Assembly: GCA_964596525.1 (NCBI GenBank)
Contig: CAZQUL010000001.1
Span: 460,830 to 524,829 of the forward strand
DNA from: an uncultured Gammaproteobacteria bacterium
GTDB taxonomy: Bacteria; Patescibacteriota; Patescibacteriia; Magasanikbacterales; GWA2-37-8
DNA length: 64,000 nt
Reading direction: 5' to 3'
Under the pieces are notes generated by a model. That model was not told the origin of the DNA, searched no databases, and saw nothing but the letters and a program-made list of their open reading frames with translations. Of this stretch, positions 1-9,645 are shown one piece after another. A program made the translations under genes and the position numbers. Every line of letters starts with the position of its first letter. Position 1 is the stretch's first letter.

Positions 1-2806
1 GACTATCAAGAAAGATGCGGCGAGTAACATGGATGAAGGTCTTATCGAAGTCTATAAGCGCATCCGTCCTGGTGACTTGGCCACAGCCGACAACGCCAAG
101 AGTCTTATTTACGCCATGTTCTTCAATTTCGACCGCTACGACCTAAACCGCGTCGGTGTCTATAAATTCGCCACCAAATTCGACTTGCCGCTCACGAGCG
201 AAGATTACGATAAGAAAGAACACCGTGTACTCTCGCCCGAGAAACTCCTGGCCGTGCTCAAAGAAGTCGTGCGCCTCAACGTTTCGCAAGAAGAAGCTGA
301 CGACGTGGACCACCTCGGTAATCGCCGTGTGCGCGCCGTAGGCGAACTTGTGCAGAACCGCTTCCGCATCGGTTTGGCCCGCATGGAGCGCATCGTCAAA
401 GACCGCATGAGCACCCTTGAGATCGACGACGTAACCCCGAACAAACTCATCAACGCCCGCCCGGTGACGAGTGCGATCCGCGAGTTCTTCATGAGTTCGC
501 AGCTTAGTCAGTTCATGGACCAGATTAATCCGCTTGCCGAACTTGAGCATAAACGCCGTCTCTCGGCTCTTGGTCCGGGCGGTTTGGCTCGCGACCGCGC
601 CGGTTTTGAGGTGCGTGACGTGCATACCACCCACTATGGCCGCGTCTGTCCCATCGCCACTCCCGAAGGTCCGAACATCGGTTTGGTTAATCATTTGGCC
701 AGCTTTGCGCGTGTCAATGAATTCGGTTTTATTGAAACGCCCTACCGTAAAGTGCTGCGCGAAGTTGCGAACGATGCCAAACTTACCGAAGGCGAAACGC
801 TCCGCGGTGACGTAGAAGGTATTAAAGACGGCACCAAGATCACCAAAGACATCGCCGCCAAGCTTGCCAAAACCAAACTCGAAAGAATTCCGGTTCGTCC
901 GCGCCTCACGAGTGAAATCGTGTACTTGAACGCTTTCCGCGAAGAAAAAATGACGGCTGCCACAGCCACTACCCGTGTTGATGACAACGGCTACTTCCTT
1001 GAAGAAGTGGTTCCGGGCCGCATCAACGGCAAACCGGGCGTGGTCAAGACTATCGATCTTGATTATCTTGATGTCGCTTCGAGTCAGGTTGTGAGCGTGG
1101 CTACGTCGTGTATTCCATTCCTCGAACACGACGATGCTAACCGCGCCCTCATGGGTACGAACATGCAACGTCAAGCCGTGCCGTGCATCAAGCCGGAAAC
1201 TCCCTACGTCGGTACCGGCGTTGAGCGTGAAGCGGCCATGAATACCGGCCATATCATCGTTGCGCCCGAAGACGGCGAAATTACCGAAGTCGACAGCGCG
1301 CACGTGGTACTCAAAGGCAAAAGCGGCAAAGTCCACTCTTACATTTTCAACAAATTCATCCGTTCCAACGCGTCTACCTGTATTGACCAGCACCCGGCCG
1401 TCGTCATGGGCCAGAAAATCAAGAAAGGCGACTTCCTTTCTGATGGTCCTTCGATCCGCGAAGGCGAAATGGCACTTGGCCAGAATATGCTGGTCGCCTA
1501 CATGATTTGGGAAGGCTTTAACTACGAAGACGCCATCATCATTTCCGAACGCGTCATCCAACGTTCCGATTACTCGTCGGTTCACATCGAGGATTACACC
1601 ATCGACGTGTCCGAAACCAAGCTCGGACCCGAAGTCGTTACTTCCGATATCCCGAACGTCAGCGAAGAAAAACTCAAGAACCTCGATTCCGAAGGTATCA
1701 TCCGCATCGGTGCCGAAGTAAAATCAGGCGATATCCTCGTCGGTAAAATCACGCCCAAAGGCGAAACTGAACTCTCGGCTGAAGAGCGTTTGCTCCGTGC
1801 CATCTTCGGTGAAAAAGCCCGCGATGTGCGCGATTCGTCTTTGTATCTCGAGCACGGCGAACACGGTAAGGTTATCGGTGTGCGCATTTTCTCGGCTGAA
1901 AACGGCGACAAACTCGAACCGGGCGTCATTAAGCGCGTCCAAGTCACCGTCGCTGATTTGCGCAAACTCCAGGTGGGTGACAAAATGGCCGGCCGCCACG
2001 GTAACAAAGGCGTCGTGTCCAAAGTCGTTCCCTCCGAAGACATGCCGTTCCTTGAAGACGGTACGCCCATCGATATTGTGCTTTCCCCGCTCGGCGTTAT
2101 CTCGCGTATGAACCTGGGTCAGATTCTCGAAACGCATCTTGGTCTTGCGGCCAACGCCCTCGGCTACAAAGTCGCTACGTCCGTACTCAACGGCATGACC
2201 GAAGAACAGATCCGCGAAGAACTCACTCGCGCCGGCTTTCCGCATTCGGGTCAGGTACAGCTCTACGACGGCCGCACGGGCGAACCGTTTGAGCACGAAA
2301 CGACCGTTGGTTATAAATACATGCTCAAACTGAACCACATGGTGGAAGACAAGATCCACCAGCGCTCCATCGGTCCGTACTCCCTCATCACTCAGCAGCC
2401 GCTCGGTGGTAAGGCTCAGTTCGGTGGTCAGCGTTTCGGTGAAATGGAAGTCTGGGCTATAGAAGCGTACGGTGCTGCGCATACCTTGCAGGAAATCCTC
2501 ACCATCAAATCCGACGACGTGCCGGGCCGCTCCAAAGCCTACGAAGCGATCATCAAAGGCGAAGACGTTAAAAAAGTTAACATTCCGGAGTCGTTCAACG
2601 TGCTCGTGCGCGAACTCAAAGGTTTGGCGCTCGACGTAACGCTCCTCAAGAAAACCGAATCCGGCGAGTTCCGCCCGCTCGAAGAAGTGAAAGCCGAAGA
2701 AGAGCGCCGCAACCGCGAAGAGGCGGACACGCTCGCCTACGGCGGCGAATGGGGCAAGCAGCTGGAACGCCGCGAGGGTGAGGCTCCGTCCCAACCTCAA
2801 GAGTAA
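1..2806 (+). CDS. rpoB: DNA-directed RNA polymerase subunit beta, C-terminal ~930 aa. The reading frame is open to the window start, so the 5' end lies upstream.
   Basis: ORF 29..2806 is open in frame back to nt 2. Conserved RpoB C-terminal blocks are present, for example GKITPKGETELSAEERLLRAIFGEKA and GQRFGEMEVWA. rpoC starts 26 nt downstream. Confidence 0.96.
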   Translation, partial: TIKKDAASNMDEGLIEVYKRIRPGDLATADNAKSLIYAMFFNFDRYDLNRVGVYKFATKFDLPLTSEDYDKKEHRVLSPEKLLAVLKEVVRLNVSQEEADDVDHLGNRRVRAVGELVQNRFRIGLARMERIVKDRMSTLEIDDVTPNKLINARPVTSAIREFFMSSQLSQFMDQINPLAELEHKRRLSALGPGGLARDRAGFEVRDVHTTHYGRVCPIATPEGPNIGLVNHLASFARVNEFGFIETPYRKVLREVANDAKLTEGETLRGDVEGIKDGTKITKDIAAKLAKTKLERIPVRPRLTSEIVYLNAFREEKMTAATATTRVDDNGYFLEEVVPGRINGKPGVVKTIDLDYLDVASSQVVSVATSCIPFLEHDDANRALMGTNMQRQAVPCIKPETPYVGTGVEREAAMNTGHIIVAPEDGEITEVDSAHVVLKGKSGKVHSYIFNKFIRSNASTCIDQHPAVVMGQKIKKGDFLSDGPSIREGEMALGQNMLVAYMIWEGFNYEDAIIISERVIQRSDYSSVHIEDYTIDVSETKLGPEVVTSDIPNVSEEKLKNLDSEGIIRIGAEVKSGDILVGKITPKGETELSAEERLLRAIFGEKARDVRDSSLYLEHGEHGKVIGVRIFSAENGDKLEPGVIKRVQVTVADLRKLQVGDKMAGRHGNKGVVSKVVPSEDMPFLEDGTPIDIVLSPLGVISRMNLGQILETHLGLAANALGYKVATSVLNGMTEEQIREELTRAGFPHSGQVQLYDGRTGEPFEHETTVGYKYMLKLNHMVEDKIHQRSIGPYSLITQQPLGGKAQFGGQRFGEMEVWAIEAYGAAHTLQEILTIKSDDVPGRSKAYEAIIKGEDVKKVNIPESFNVLVRELKGLALDVTLLKKTESGEFRPLEEVKAEEERRNREEADTLAYGGEWGKQLERREGEAPSQPQE

Positions 2807-2832
2807 TTCCTTAGCGCTTCTAACGAATTCCT

Positions 2833-5800
2833 ATGTTCCAACGCGATCAATTGCAAGCCATGGACTTCGACGCCATCCGCCTCAAACTGGCGAGCCCGGA
2901 TGTCATCAAAGGCTGGTCTTTTGGCAAAGTAGAAAAACCCGAAACCATCAATTACCGCACCCAGAAACCGGAACGCGGTGGCTTGTTCGCCGAAGAAATC
3001 TTCGGGCCGACCAAAGACTACGAATGCCACTGCGGCAAGTACAAGAAAATTCGTTACAAAGGCATCGTCTGTGATAAATGTGGCGTAGAAGTCACCTACG
3101 CGCTCGTTCGCCGTGAACGCATGGGCCATATCGAACTCGCGGCTCCGGTGTCGCATATCTGGTTCTTGCGTTCCGTACCATCCAAAATTGGTTTGGTACT
3201 CGATCTCTCGGCCATGTCGCTTGAAAAAGTGATGTATTTTGCATCCTTCATCATCACCCACGTCGACGAAGAAGCCAAAAAACAGACCTTCGAACTCTTG
3301 CGCCAGGAATTCAAGACCAAACGCAAACAGCTCGACAAAGAGCGCGAACAATCCATCGAACGCGCCAACGCATCCAAAACCTCGGCCGAAGAACTCGAGA
3401 ACGTGGCTAATGAATTCGACCGCAAAGTGAAAGCGCTTGAAACCGATTTCCAGGCCGCGGACAAAGAACTCAAAGAGCTCCAGGTCCTTAAAATTATTTC
3501 CGAAACCCGCTACCAGGAGTTGTCGCTCCGTTACGGCCATCTTTTTGAAGCTGGCATCGGCGCCGAAGCCATCCACAAACTCCTCTCGCGCGTTGATCTT
3601 GAAGCCACGATGCAGCAGCTCACTGACGAGCAGGAAAAATCCAAAGGCGCGCGCCTCGAAGCCATCGTTCGCCGCAAAAAACTCCTTAAGAGTTTGCATA
3701 AAAACGGGTTGCGTCCGGAATGGATGGTACTAACTGTCCTCCCGGTTATCCCGCCGGATCTGCGCCCGATGGTCGCGCTCGATGGCGGCCGCTTTGCTAC
3801 CTCCGATTTGAACGACCTTTACCGCCGCGTCATCAACCGCAATAACCGCCTCAAGCGCCTCATCGAACTCGATGCGCCGGAAGTCATCTGCCGCAACGAA
3901 AAACGCATGTTGCAAGAAGCCGTCGACGCCCTTATCGACAACAACGCCCGCCACTCCAAAACCGTCACCGCTTCGACCGGCCAGAAACGCCAGCTCCGCT
4001 CGCTCGCCGACATCCTTAAAGGTAAGCAGGGCCGTTTCCGCCAGAATCTTCTTGGTAAACGTGTCGACTACTCCGGCCGCTCGGTTATCGTCGTCGGTCC
4101 GCAGCTCAACATCGACGAGTGTGGTTTGCCAAAACGCATGGCGCTCGAGCTCTTCAAGCCGTTCATCATGAGCGACATCATCAAACGCGAACTCGCTCAC
4201 AATGTGCGCAGCGCGAGCCGCTTCATTGAAGCGGAAAGCGACGAAGTGTGGGACATCCTCGAAGAACTCACGAAGAAAACCCGCGTGCTTTTGAACCGCG
4301 CTCCGACGCTGCACCGCCTCGGTATCCAGGCCTTCCGCCCGCGCCTCATTGAAGGTAAGGCCATCCAGCTCCATCCGCTCACCTGTACGGCCTTTAACGC
4401 CGACTTCGACGGTGACCAGATGGCCGTGCACCTTCCGCTTTCCGCCGAGGCCCGCTGGGAAGCTGAAAACCTTATGGCCGCCGAGAAAAACCTCCTCAAA
4501 CCGGCTACGGGTTTGCCAGTCGTTACTCCGAAACAGGACGTCGTACTCGGTTGTTTTTACATGACGAGCTACAACGCCGAAGATACAGGCGATGTAAAGA
4601 AATTCTTCGCGTCCGAACAAGAAGCCAAGCTCGCGTACCGCAGCCGCCTCGTGACGCTCCGCCAGCGCGTCAAGATTTTGCTCTCCCCGGAAACGATGAA
4701 CAAGTTCCCCGAAGGAACGGATCGTTTGGTGGAAACGTCGGTTGGCCGCCTACTCTTCAACGAAATCGTACCGAGCAAAATGCCGTTCTACAACGAGCAG
4801 ATCGACGTGAAAAAACTTTCCAAGGTCATTAGCTTGCACCTCGAATTCTACGGCCAAGAAAAGACCGCCTTCTTCCTCGACGACCTCAAGAACCTCGGGT
4901 TCCGCTACGCCACCCGCTCGGGCTTTTCGCTTGGCATGGAAGACTTCCCGCGCATCGAAGCCAAACCCGAAATTCTCAAAGAAGCTGATAAAAAAGTAGA
5001 AGAAATCGAAGATCAGTATGCTAATGGTTTGCTCACCCAGGCCGAACGCCATGCTGCGATCATCGAAATCTGGACCGGCGCCAAAGATAAAGTCATTGCC
5101 GGTAACAAAACCATCCTCAACAAGAACGGTCCCGTGTATGCCATGATCGATTCGGGTGCCCGCGGTTCCTACGGTCAGCTTGGTCAGGTTATGGGTATGA
5201 AAGGTTTGGTACAGTCGCCGTCCGGTGAAATCATTGAAATGCCGATCAAAGGCAACTTCAAAGAAGGTTTCACGTCGCTTGAATATTTCATCTCTTCGCA
5301 CGGTACGCGTAAAGGTCTTTCCGATACGGCTCTTCGTACCGCCAACGCCGGGTACCTTACCCGCCGTTTGGTCGACGTATCGCAAGATGTCATCGTTGTT
5401 GAAGACGATTGCGGTGAGAACATCGGCGAAGTCTTTACTGTTGAGCAGAGTAAACAAATGGGTGAGAAACTTGCTGACCGCGTGTGGGGTCGCTACACTG
5501 CTTCGGCCCTTAAGCACGACGGCAAAACCATCTTGGAGAAAGGTGAAATTATCGACGACAAGATGGCTCGCGAACTCGACAAAATGGGCGTACAGTCCGT
5601 GCACGTGCGCAGCATCTTGCAGTGCCGTTTGCCCAAAGGCGTCTGCCGCAAGTGCTATGGTTTCGATCTCTCCAACAATAAACCGGCTGAAATGGGTACC
5701 GCTGTCGGCATTATCGCCGCGCAATCCATTGGTGAACCGGGTACACAGCTGACCCTTCGTACTTTCCACGCCGGTGGTGTTGCTGGTGGCGATATTACGC

Positions 5801-6759
5801 AAGGTTTGCCGCGTGTCGAAGAACTTCTTGAAGTGCGCGCTCCCAAACACCAAGCCTTTTTGGCTGGCGTGTCGGGTAAAGTGGAAATTGAAGATGCTGA
5901 AGGTCGTGTGGTTACCAACGAATCCGGCAAGAAGATTTTTGAGGGTCGCGGTGGTCAGAAGATCGTCAAGATCCACTTCGAGGGTCAGGATGAGTTTGCT
6001 GTCAAATTCAAGAAAGAAGACGAAGTATCGGTAAAAGACGGTGCTACCGTAGAAAAAGACCAGGTGCTCGTCGTACGCGGTTCGACCGGCGAAGAAGTGA
6101 AAGCTCCGTACGGCGGTACCGTGAAAGTCACTAAGAACCAGATCGCGTTGGCATACCAAGGCCCGCGCGTCCACGAACATCTTATTCCGCTTGGCTACAA
6201 GATCCTCGTCAAAAATGGCGATGTGGTAGAACGCGGGGATCGTCTGACGGACGGCAGTATCAGCCTCCACGAACTCCATGAATATAAAGGCCGACCGGCT
6301 GTGCAGCGCTACGTACTTGAAGAAGTACAGGCCATCTATTCGTCGCAGGGTCAAAAAGTAAACGACAAGCACGTTGAACTCATCATCCGCCAGATGTTTA
6401 GTCGTGTACTCGTCGAAGACGCCGGTGATACCGAACTTCTCCCGGGCGAAACCATCGAAAAAGCGCACTTCGAATTCAATAACCAGCAGATCAAGAAAAC
6501 GGGCGGCAAAGCAGCTACGGCTCGCGAAATGCTTCTGGGTGTAAGTAAGGTCGCGCTTACGACGCAGAGCTTCCTCTCGGCAGCGAGCTTCCAGGAAACC
6601 GCGCGCGTACTCATCAACAGCGCTTCGACCGGCAAGATCGACTACTTGGACGGCCTCAAGGAAAACGTCATTATCGGCCGCCTCATTCCGGTCGGCACTG
6701 GTTTCAATCAGGAGCAAGAGCTCGACATGAGCGTAAAGAAAGAAGAAACGACTGCGTAA
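2833..6759 (+). CDS. rpoC: DNA-directed RNA polymerase subunit beta'
   Basis: 1308 aa. Zn-finger CHCGKYKKIRYKGIVCDKCGVEV and catalytic NADFDGDQM motif are present. Sits directly after rpoB. Confidence 0.97.
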   Translation: MFQRDQLQAMDFDAIRLKLASPDVIKGWSFGKVEKPETINYRTQKPERGGLFAEEIFGPTKDYECHCGKYKKIRYKGIVCDKCGVEVTYALVRRERMGHIELAAPVSHIWFLRSVPSKIGLVLDLSAMSLEKVMYFASFIITHVDEEAKKQTFELLRQEFKTKRKQLDKEREQSIERANASKTSAEELENVANEFDRKVKALETDFQAADKELKELQVLKIISETRYQELSLRYGHLFEAGIGAEAIHKLLSRVDLEATMQQLTDEQEKSKGARLEAIVRRKKLLKSLHKNGLRPEWMVLTVLPVIPPDLRPMVALDGGRFATSDLNDLYRRVINRNNRLKRLIELDAPEVICRNEKRMLQEAVDALIDNNARHSKTVTASTGQKRQLRSLADILKGKQGRFRQNLLGKRVDYSGRSVIVVGPQLNIDECGLPKRMALELFKPFIMSDIIKRELAHNVRSASRFIEAESDEVWDILEELTKKTRVLLNRAPTLHRLGIQAFRPRLIEGKAIQLHPLTCTAFNADFDGDQMAVHLPLSAEARWEAENLMAAEKNLLKPATGLPVVTPKQDVVLGCFYMTSYNAEDTGDVKKFFASEQEAKLAYRSRLVTLRQRVKILLSPETMNKFPEGTDRLVETSVGRLLFNEIVPSKMPFYNEQIDVKKLSKVISLHLEFYGQEKTAFFLDDLKNLGFRYATRSGFSLGMEDFPRIEAKPEILKEADKKVEEIEDQYANGLLTQAERHAAIIEIWTGAKDKVIAGNKTILNKNGPVYAMIDSGARGSYGQLGQVMGMKGLVQSPSGEIIEMPIKGNFKEGFTSLEYFISSHGTRKGLSDTALRTANAGYLTRRLVDVSQDVIVVEDDCGENIGEVFTVEQSKQMGEKLADRVWGRYTASALKHDGKTILEKGEIIDDKMARELDKMGVQSVHVRSILQCRLPKGVCRKCYGFDLSNNKPAEMGTAVGIIAAQSIGEPGTQLTLRTFHAGGVAGGDITQGLPRVEELLEVRAPKHQAFLAGVSGKVEIEDAEGRVVTNESGKKIFEGRGGQKIVKIHFEGQDEFAVKFKKEDEVSVKDGATVEKDQVLVVRGSTGEEVKAPYGGTVKVTKNQIALAYQGPRVHEHLIPLGYKILVKNGDVVERGDRLTDGSISLHELHEYKGRPAVQRYVLEEVQAIYSSQGQKVNDKHVELIIRQMFSRVLVEDAGDTELLPGETIEKAHFEFNNQQIKKTGGKAATAREMLLGVSKVALTTQSFLSAASFQETARVLINSASTGKIDYLDGLKENVIIGRLIPVGTGFNQEQELDMSVKKEETTA

Positions 6760-6780
6760 AATTCATCGAATAGTTACGAC

Positions 6781-6815
6781 AAAACTCTCCTCTATCGCAG
6801 GAGAGTTTTGTTATG
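6781..6815 (+). terminator. Intrinsic terminator after rpoC
   Basis: 12-bp stem caaaactctcct/aggagagttttg with loop ctatcgc, followed by a T-rich tail. Confidence 0.6.
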
Positions 6816-6938
6816 CCTGGCTTTTTTGCGATCGCAAACCTCTAGATCTAAATCTAGTAGTTACCCCGAGTATATCTTGACGTATGTTAAAAAATATAGT
6901 ACCCAACTGGTGGTAGCCTGCTTGAAACTGAGGAGGGG

Positions 6939-7538
6939 ATGATGCTGGCCAAGAAAGTACTGTGTTTTGGACTGCTTTTTGCTTTCGGGTGTGCTGCACA
7001 GAGCAATGCACTTTCGCCGCGCGAGACCGGTAATATCCGAGATTTGCGGCTACCTGTGCATCTTGTTCACGCTCGTGCTGCATCATCGGACGAGTCGCGT
7101 GAAAATATTCCGGCGACCTGCGATGCGGCCGATGTCGTAATCGCCGCGCATATATTTGATACGCAGGTTAGGAGGCAATTTGAGGGCATCAACACGGATC
7201 TTTATGGGATGCGTGATGCCATTGCTGCACTCAAGCCGGAGGGAGAGAATGGCGCGTGCACCGGCGTTCTTCCGCTCCGCAGAGCGCTGACTGATCTTCG
7301 ATTACGCATGCAGGAGGCCGAAGCCGAGCTTTCTTTGCCGCGCCTGGTGTGCCACGTGGCAGTTCCGCGTCGACTCCTCAGCTGCCTCAAGGCCGATTAC
7401 AACCGGGCAATACGGGCGGCCAACAACACTTCATGCACGAACGCGGCGTTTTCCGAAGATATGACCTTTTCGGACCAAGAAGCACTCTGTTTGCTCGATA
7501 GTTATCCTCGTATTTTTGCCACCATGATCAGTGAATAA
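6939..7538 (+). CDS. Secreted hypothetical protein (199 aa)
   Basis: N-terminal signal peptide MMLAKKVLCFGLLFAFGCAAQSNA. GAGGAGGGG SD precedes the ATG. Confidence 0.6.
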   Translation: MMLAKKVLCFGLLFAFGCAAQSNALSPRETGNIRDLRLPVHLVHARAASSDESRENIPATCDAADVVIAAHIFDTQVRRQFEGINTDLYGMRDAIAALKPEGENGACTGVLPLRRALTDLRLRMQEAEAELSLPRLVCHVAVPRRLLSCLKADYNRAIRAANNTSCTNAAFSEDMTFSDQEALCLLDSYPRIFATMISE

Positions 7539-7613
7539 ACCGTACGCCGCCAGGGAACCCCGGGCGGCTTTGCATTTTAGACAGCGGAGTGTTACGCTCC
7601 CGGCCGAGGAGGG

Positions 7614-8948
7614 ATGCCGATGCCGCACAATATCCGTAGAAGTGAAAATACCTCATATCCGCCCGGTCCGACGGGAAATCTCATCTTCGGACATTTGTTC
7701 CAGATGCGCGAGTACGAAGATTTTTTCCGGCGCGGGTTTGCGCAGTTTCCCAAACTCTTTTCGCTGCGCCTCTTGCACCAACCGACGGTGGTGACAAATT
7801 TTCCACCGTACGTGCAAGAAATTTTGGTGAAGGCGCACCAGATATTTTTGCGGCCCAAGCGTGGTTTGGAGGTGCTTCATCCCATCCTCGGCGATTCGAT
7901 CGTGACAAGCGAGGGAGAGGTGTGGCGTTCGCAGCGCGAGGCCCTTAAACCCGGGTTCCAGCGCTCTTCGCTCGCCGGCCTCCATACGCTCATGGTGGCC
8001 GAAATCGAGCGTCTCATGGACCGATGGGAGGAATACGCGCACCGCAACGTAGCGGTCAATATGCCCGAGGAGATGAGTGCTTTGACCTTTGGGATCTTCG
8101 CTCGGACGCTTCTTGCCATGCCGAATGCCGGTCATCACGCCGGAGTTTTGGCACAGGCCTTCAAGTTCGTGTTTGAGCGGGTGTTTGAGGACTTTCACAG
8201 TCTCTTTATCGAACGCCGGCTGCCAACCGCGCGCAATCGATCGTTCCGACTTTCCAAGACGACTATCGACACCATCATCGATGATCTCTTGGTACAACGG
8301 GCGACGGCGCATTCTAAAGAGCGCTCCCTCATCGATATGCTGCTTGAGCATGGTTTTGCCGAGCGGACGGTGCGAGAGTTGCGCCAGGTGATCGTAACGC
8401 TGGTACTGGCCGGTTACGAAACCACAGCAAATACCCTGACGTGGCTCTGGTATTACGCCGCGCGCTATCCAGAATCGTGGAGCGCTTTACCGGTACTCTC
8501 GAGCGTCAAAAATCCAACCGATGATACAAGCGAAGCGGCTGAACGGTTCATTAACGAGACGCTTCGCCTGCGCACCCCGCTTGCACTCGTGGCGCGCCAG
8601 AGTATGCGTCCGTACGAGCTCGGTGGTTTTCAGCTTAAGCCCGGGACGCTCGTGCTTTTGCCCTTGCGTCTTATCCACCAGCATCCGGATTTTTGGATTG
8701 AACCGGATGCATTCGTCCCCGCACGCTTTACCCGCCCGATCGCGCCGGGTTCGTTCATGCCGTTTCTCCTCGGGCCGCACCGCTGCCTCGGAGCGCAGTT
8801 CGCGCTTGATGAGATGATCCTCACCGCGCTCATGGCCCGCGCGCGTGGTTTCTCTTTTCATCTCTTATCGCCCACCGAGCCGGTCATTGAGCCAGGCCCT
8901 TTTCATCGCCCTAAGCAGCTGTGGGTGAAGATCAAGCGTGGCGTCTAA
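7614..8948 (+). CDS. Cytochrome P450 monooxygenase
   Basis: Heme-thiolate loop FLLGPHRCLGAQFA (FxxGxxxCxG). ExxR motif ETLRLR. Length ~444 aa. Confidence 0.85.
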   Translation: MPMPHNIRRSENTSYPPGPTGNLIFGHLFQMREYEDFFRRGFAQFPKLFSLRLLHQPTVVTNFPPYVQEILVKAHQIFLRPKRGLEVLHPILGDSIVTSEGEVWRSQREALKPGFQRSSLAGLHTLMVAEIERLMDRWEEYAHRNVAVNMPEEMSALTFGIFARTLLAMPNAGHHAGVLAQAFKFVFERVFEDFHSLFIERRLPTARNRSFRLSKTTIDTIIDDLLVQRATAHSKERSLIDMLLEHGFAERTVRELRQVIVTLVLAGYETTANTLTWLWYYAARYPESWSALPVLSSVKNPTDDTSEAAERFINETLRLRTPLALVARQSMRPYELGGFQLKPGTLVLLPLRLIHQHPDFWIEPDAFVPARFTRPIAPGSFMPFLLGPHRCLGAQFALDEMILTALMARARGFSFHLLSPTEPVIEPGPFHRPKQLWVKIKRGV

Positions 8949-8964
8949 CGTTTAACGTCCTTGT

Positions 8965-8988
8965 GCCAGCTTTCCGGCTGGCTTTTTA
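8965..8988 (+). terminator. Intrinsic terminator after the P450 gene
   Basis: gccagc-tttcc-ggctggc followed by TTTTT. Confidence 0.6.
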
Positions 8989-9119
8989 ATAGGTTCTTTG
9001 GCGGCTTCTTTAAAACTTTAGTGCGAAAAACTTGACTCTACCTACGGTTTGTGCCAAGATAAGCCGTTGCCTTGGGTTACGAGACAGCCTTTTTAGTTCT
9101 TTCATTCGAGGAGGTTCCC

Positions 9120-9542
9120 ATGAACAGGATGAACAGGAAGAGTCTTGTTGAGGTTGTTGGGGCACTCTGGACCGGGGGCGCTGCGCTCTACGCCACGATT
9201 CAGGTGCCGTTCCGTGCCAGCCATCCGGGTCTCGACCAGGTAATTACCATCTCTCCGGGAGACGGGCGGTTGTTCCTCTGCGGCGAGCTCACCGCGGAAA
9301 ATGTCGACCTGATGAAACCCGCGGTGCGCGAAGTAGACGGGATGAAGCCTAACGAGCACATCACGTTCTACCCGGAAGAGATCTTCCACATGCTCCGCGA
9401 CCGGCAGAAGGTCGTGGTGTGCGGCTACACGAGCTCGCTGCGCACCGAGCGCGGATTCTTCGCGGTTCTCTGGTATGAAGAGCGCCACACGGAGCGCGGT
9501 GCTATCTTCGGTGGCAAGATCGAGGTCTATAAGCCCGTTTGA
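9120..9542 (+). CDS. Hypothetical protein (141 aa)
   Basis: ORF MNRMNRKS... with GAGGAGG SD 6 nt upstream. No recognisable domain. Confidence 0.55.
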   Translation: MNRMNRKSLVEVVGALWTGGAALYATIQVPFRASHPGLDQVITISPGDGRLFLCGELTAENVDLMKPAVREVDGMKPNEHITFYPEEIFHMLRDRQKVVVCGYTSSLRTERGFFAVLWYEERHTERGAIFGGKIEVYKPV

Positions 9543-9561
9543 TAGGTGCCATCCAGATAAT

Positions 9562-9598
9562 CCCACCGCCTGGTTCGTATGAATCGGGCGGTTTTTTG
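9562..9598 (+). terminator. Putative intrinsic terminator
   Basis: ccgcc...ggcgg stem followed by TTTTTT. Confidence 0.45.
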
Positions 9599-9645
9599 AA
9601 TGCTTCAGTTTTTAAGAAGTGCGTGGTACGATGAGGTAGCTTGAA

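Noticed and set aside
143-6717. Long antisense ORFs inside rpoB/rpoC (143..1585 -, 1724..2800 -, 2797..3699 -, 3730..4620 -, 4750..6717 -)
   Set aside because: They are shadow ORFs opposite highly conserved coding sequence in GC-rich DNA. They have no SD or promoter, and their products have biased composition.
6878-6905. Possible promoter TTGACG...TATAGT upstream of the 6939 gene
   Set aside because: The spacer would be only 12 nt with the best -10 candidate, so it is not reported as a feature.
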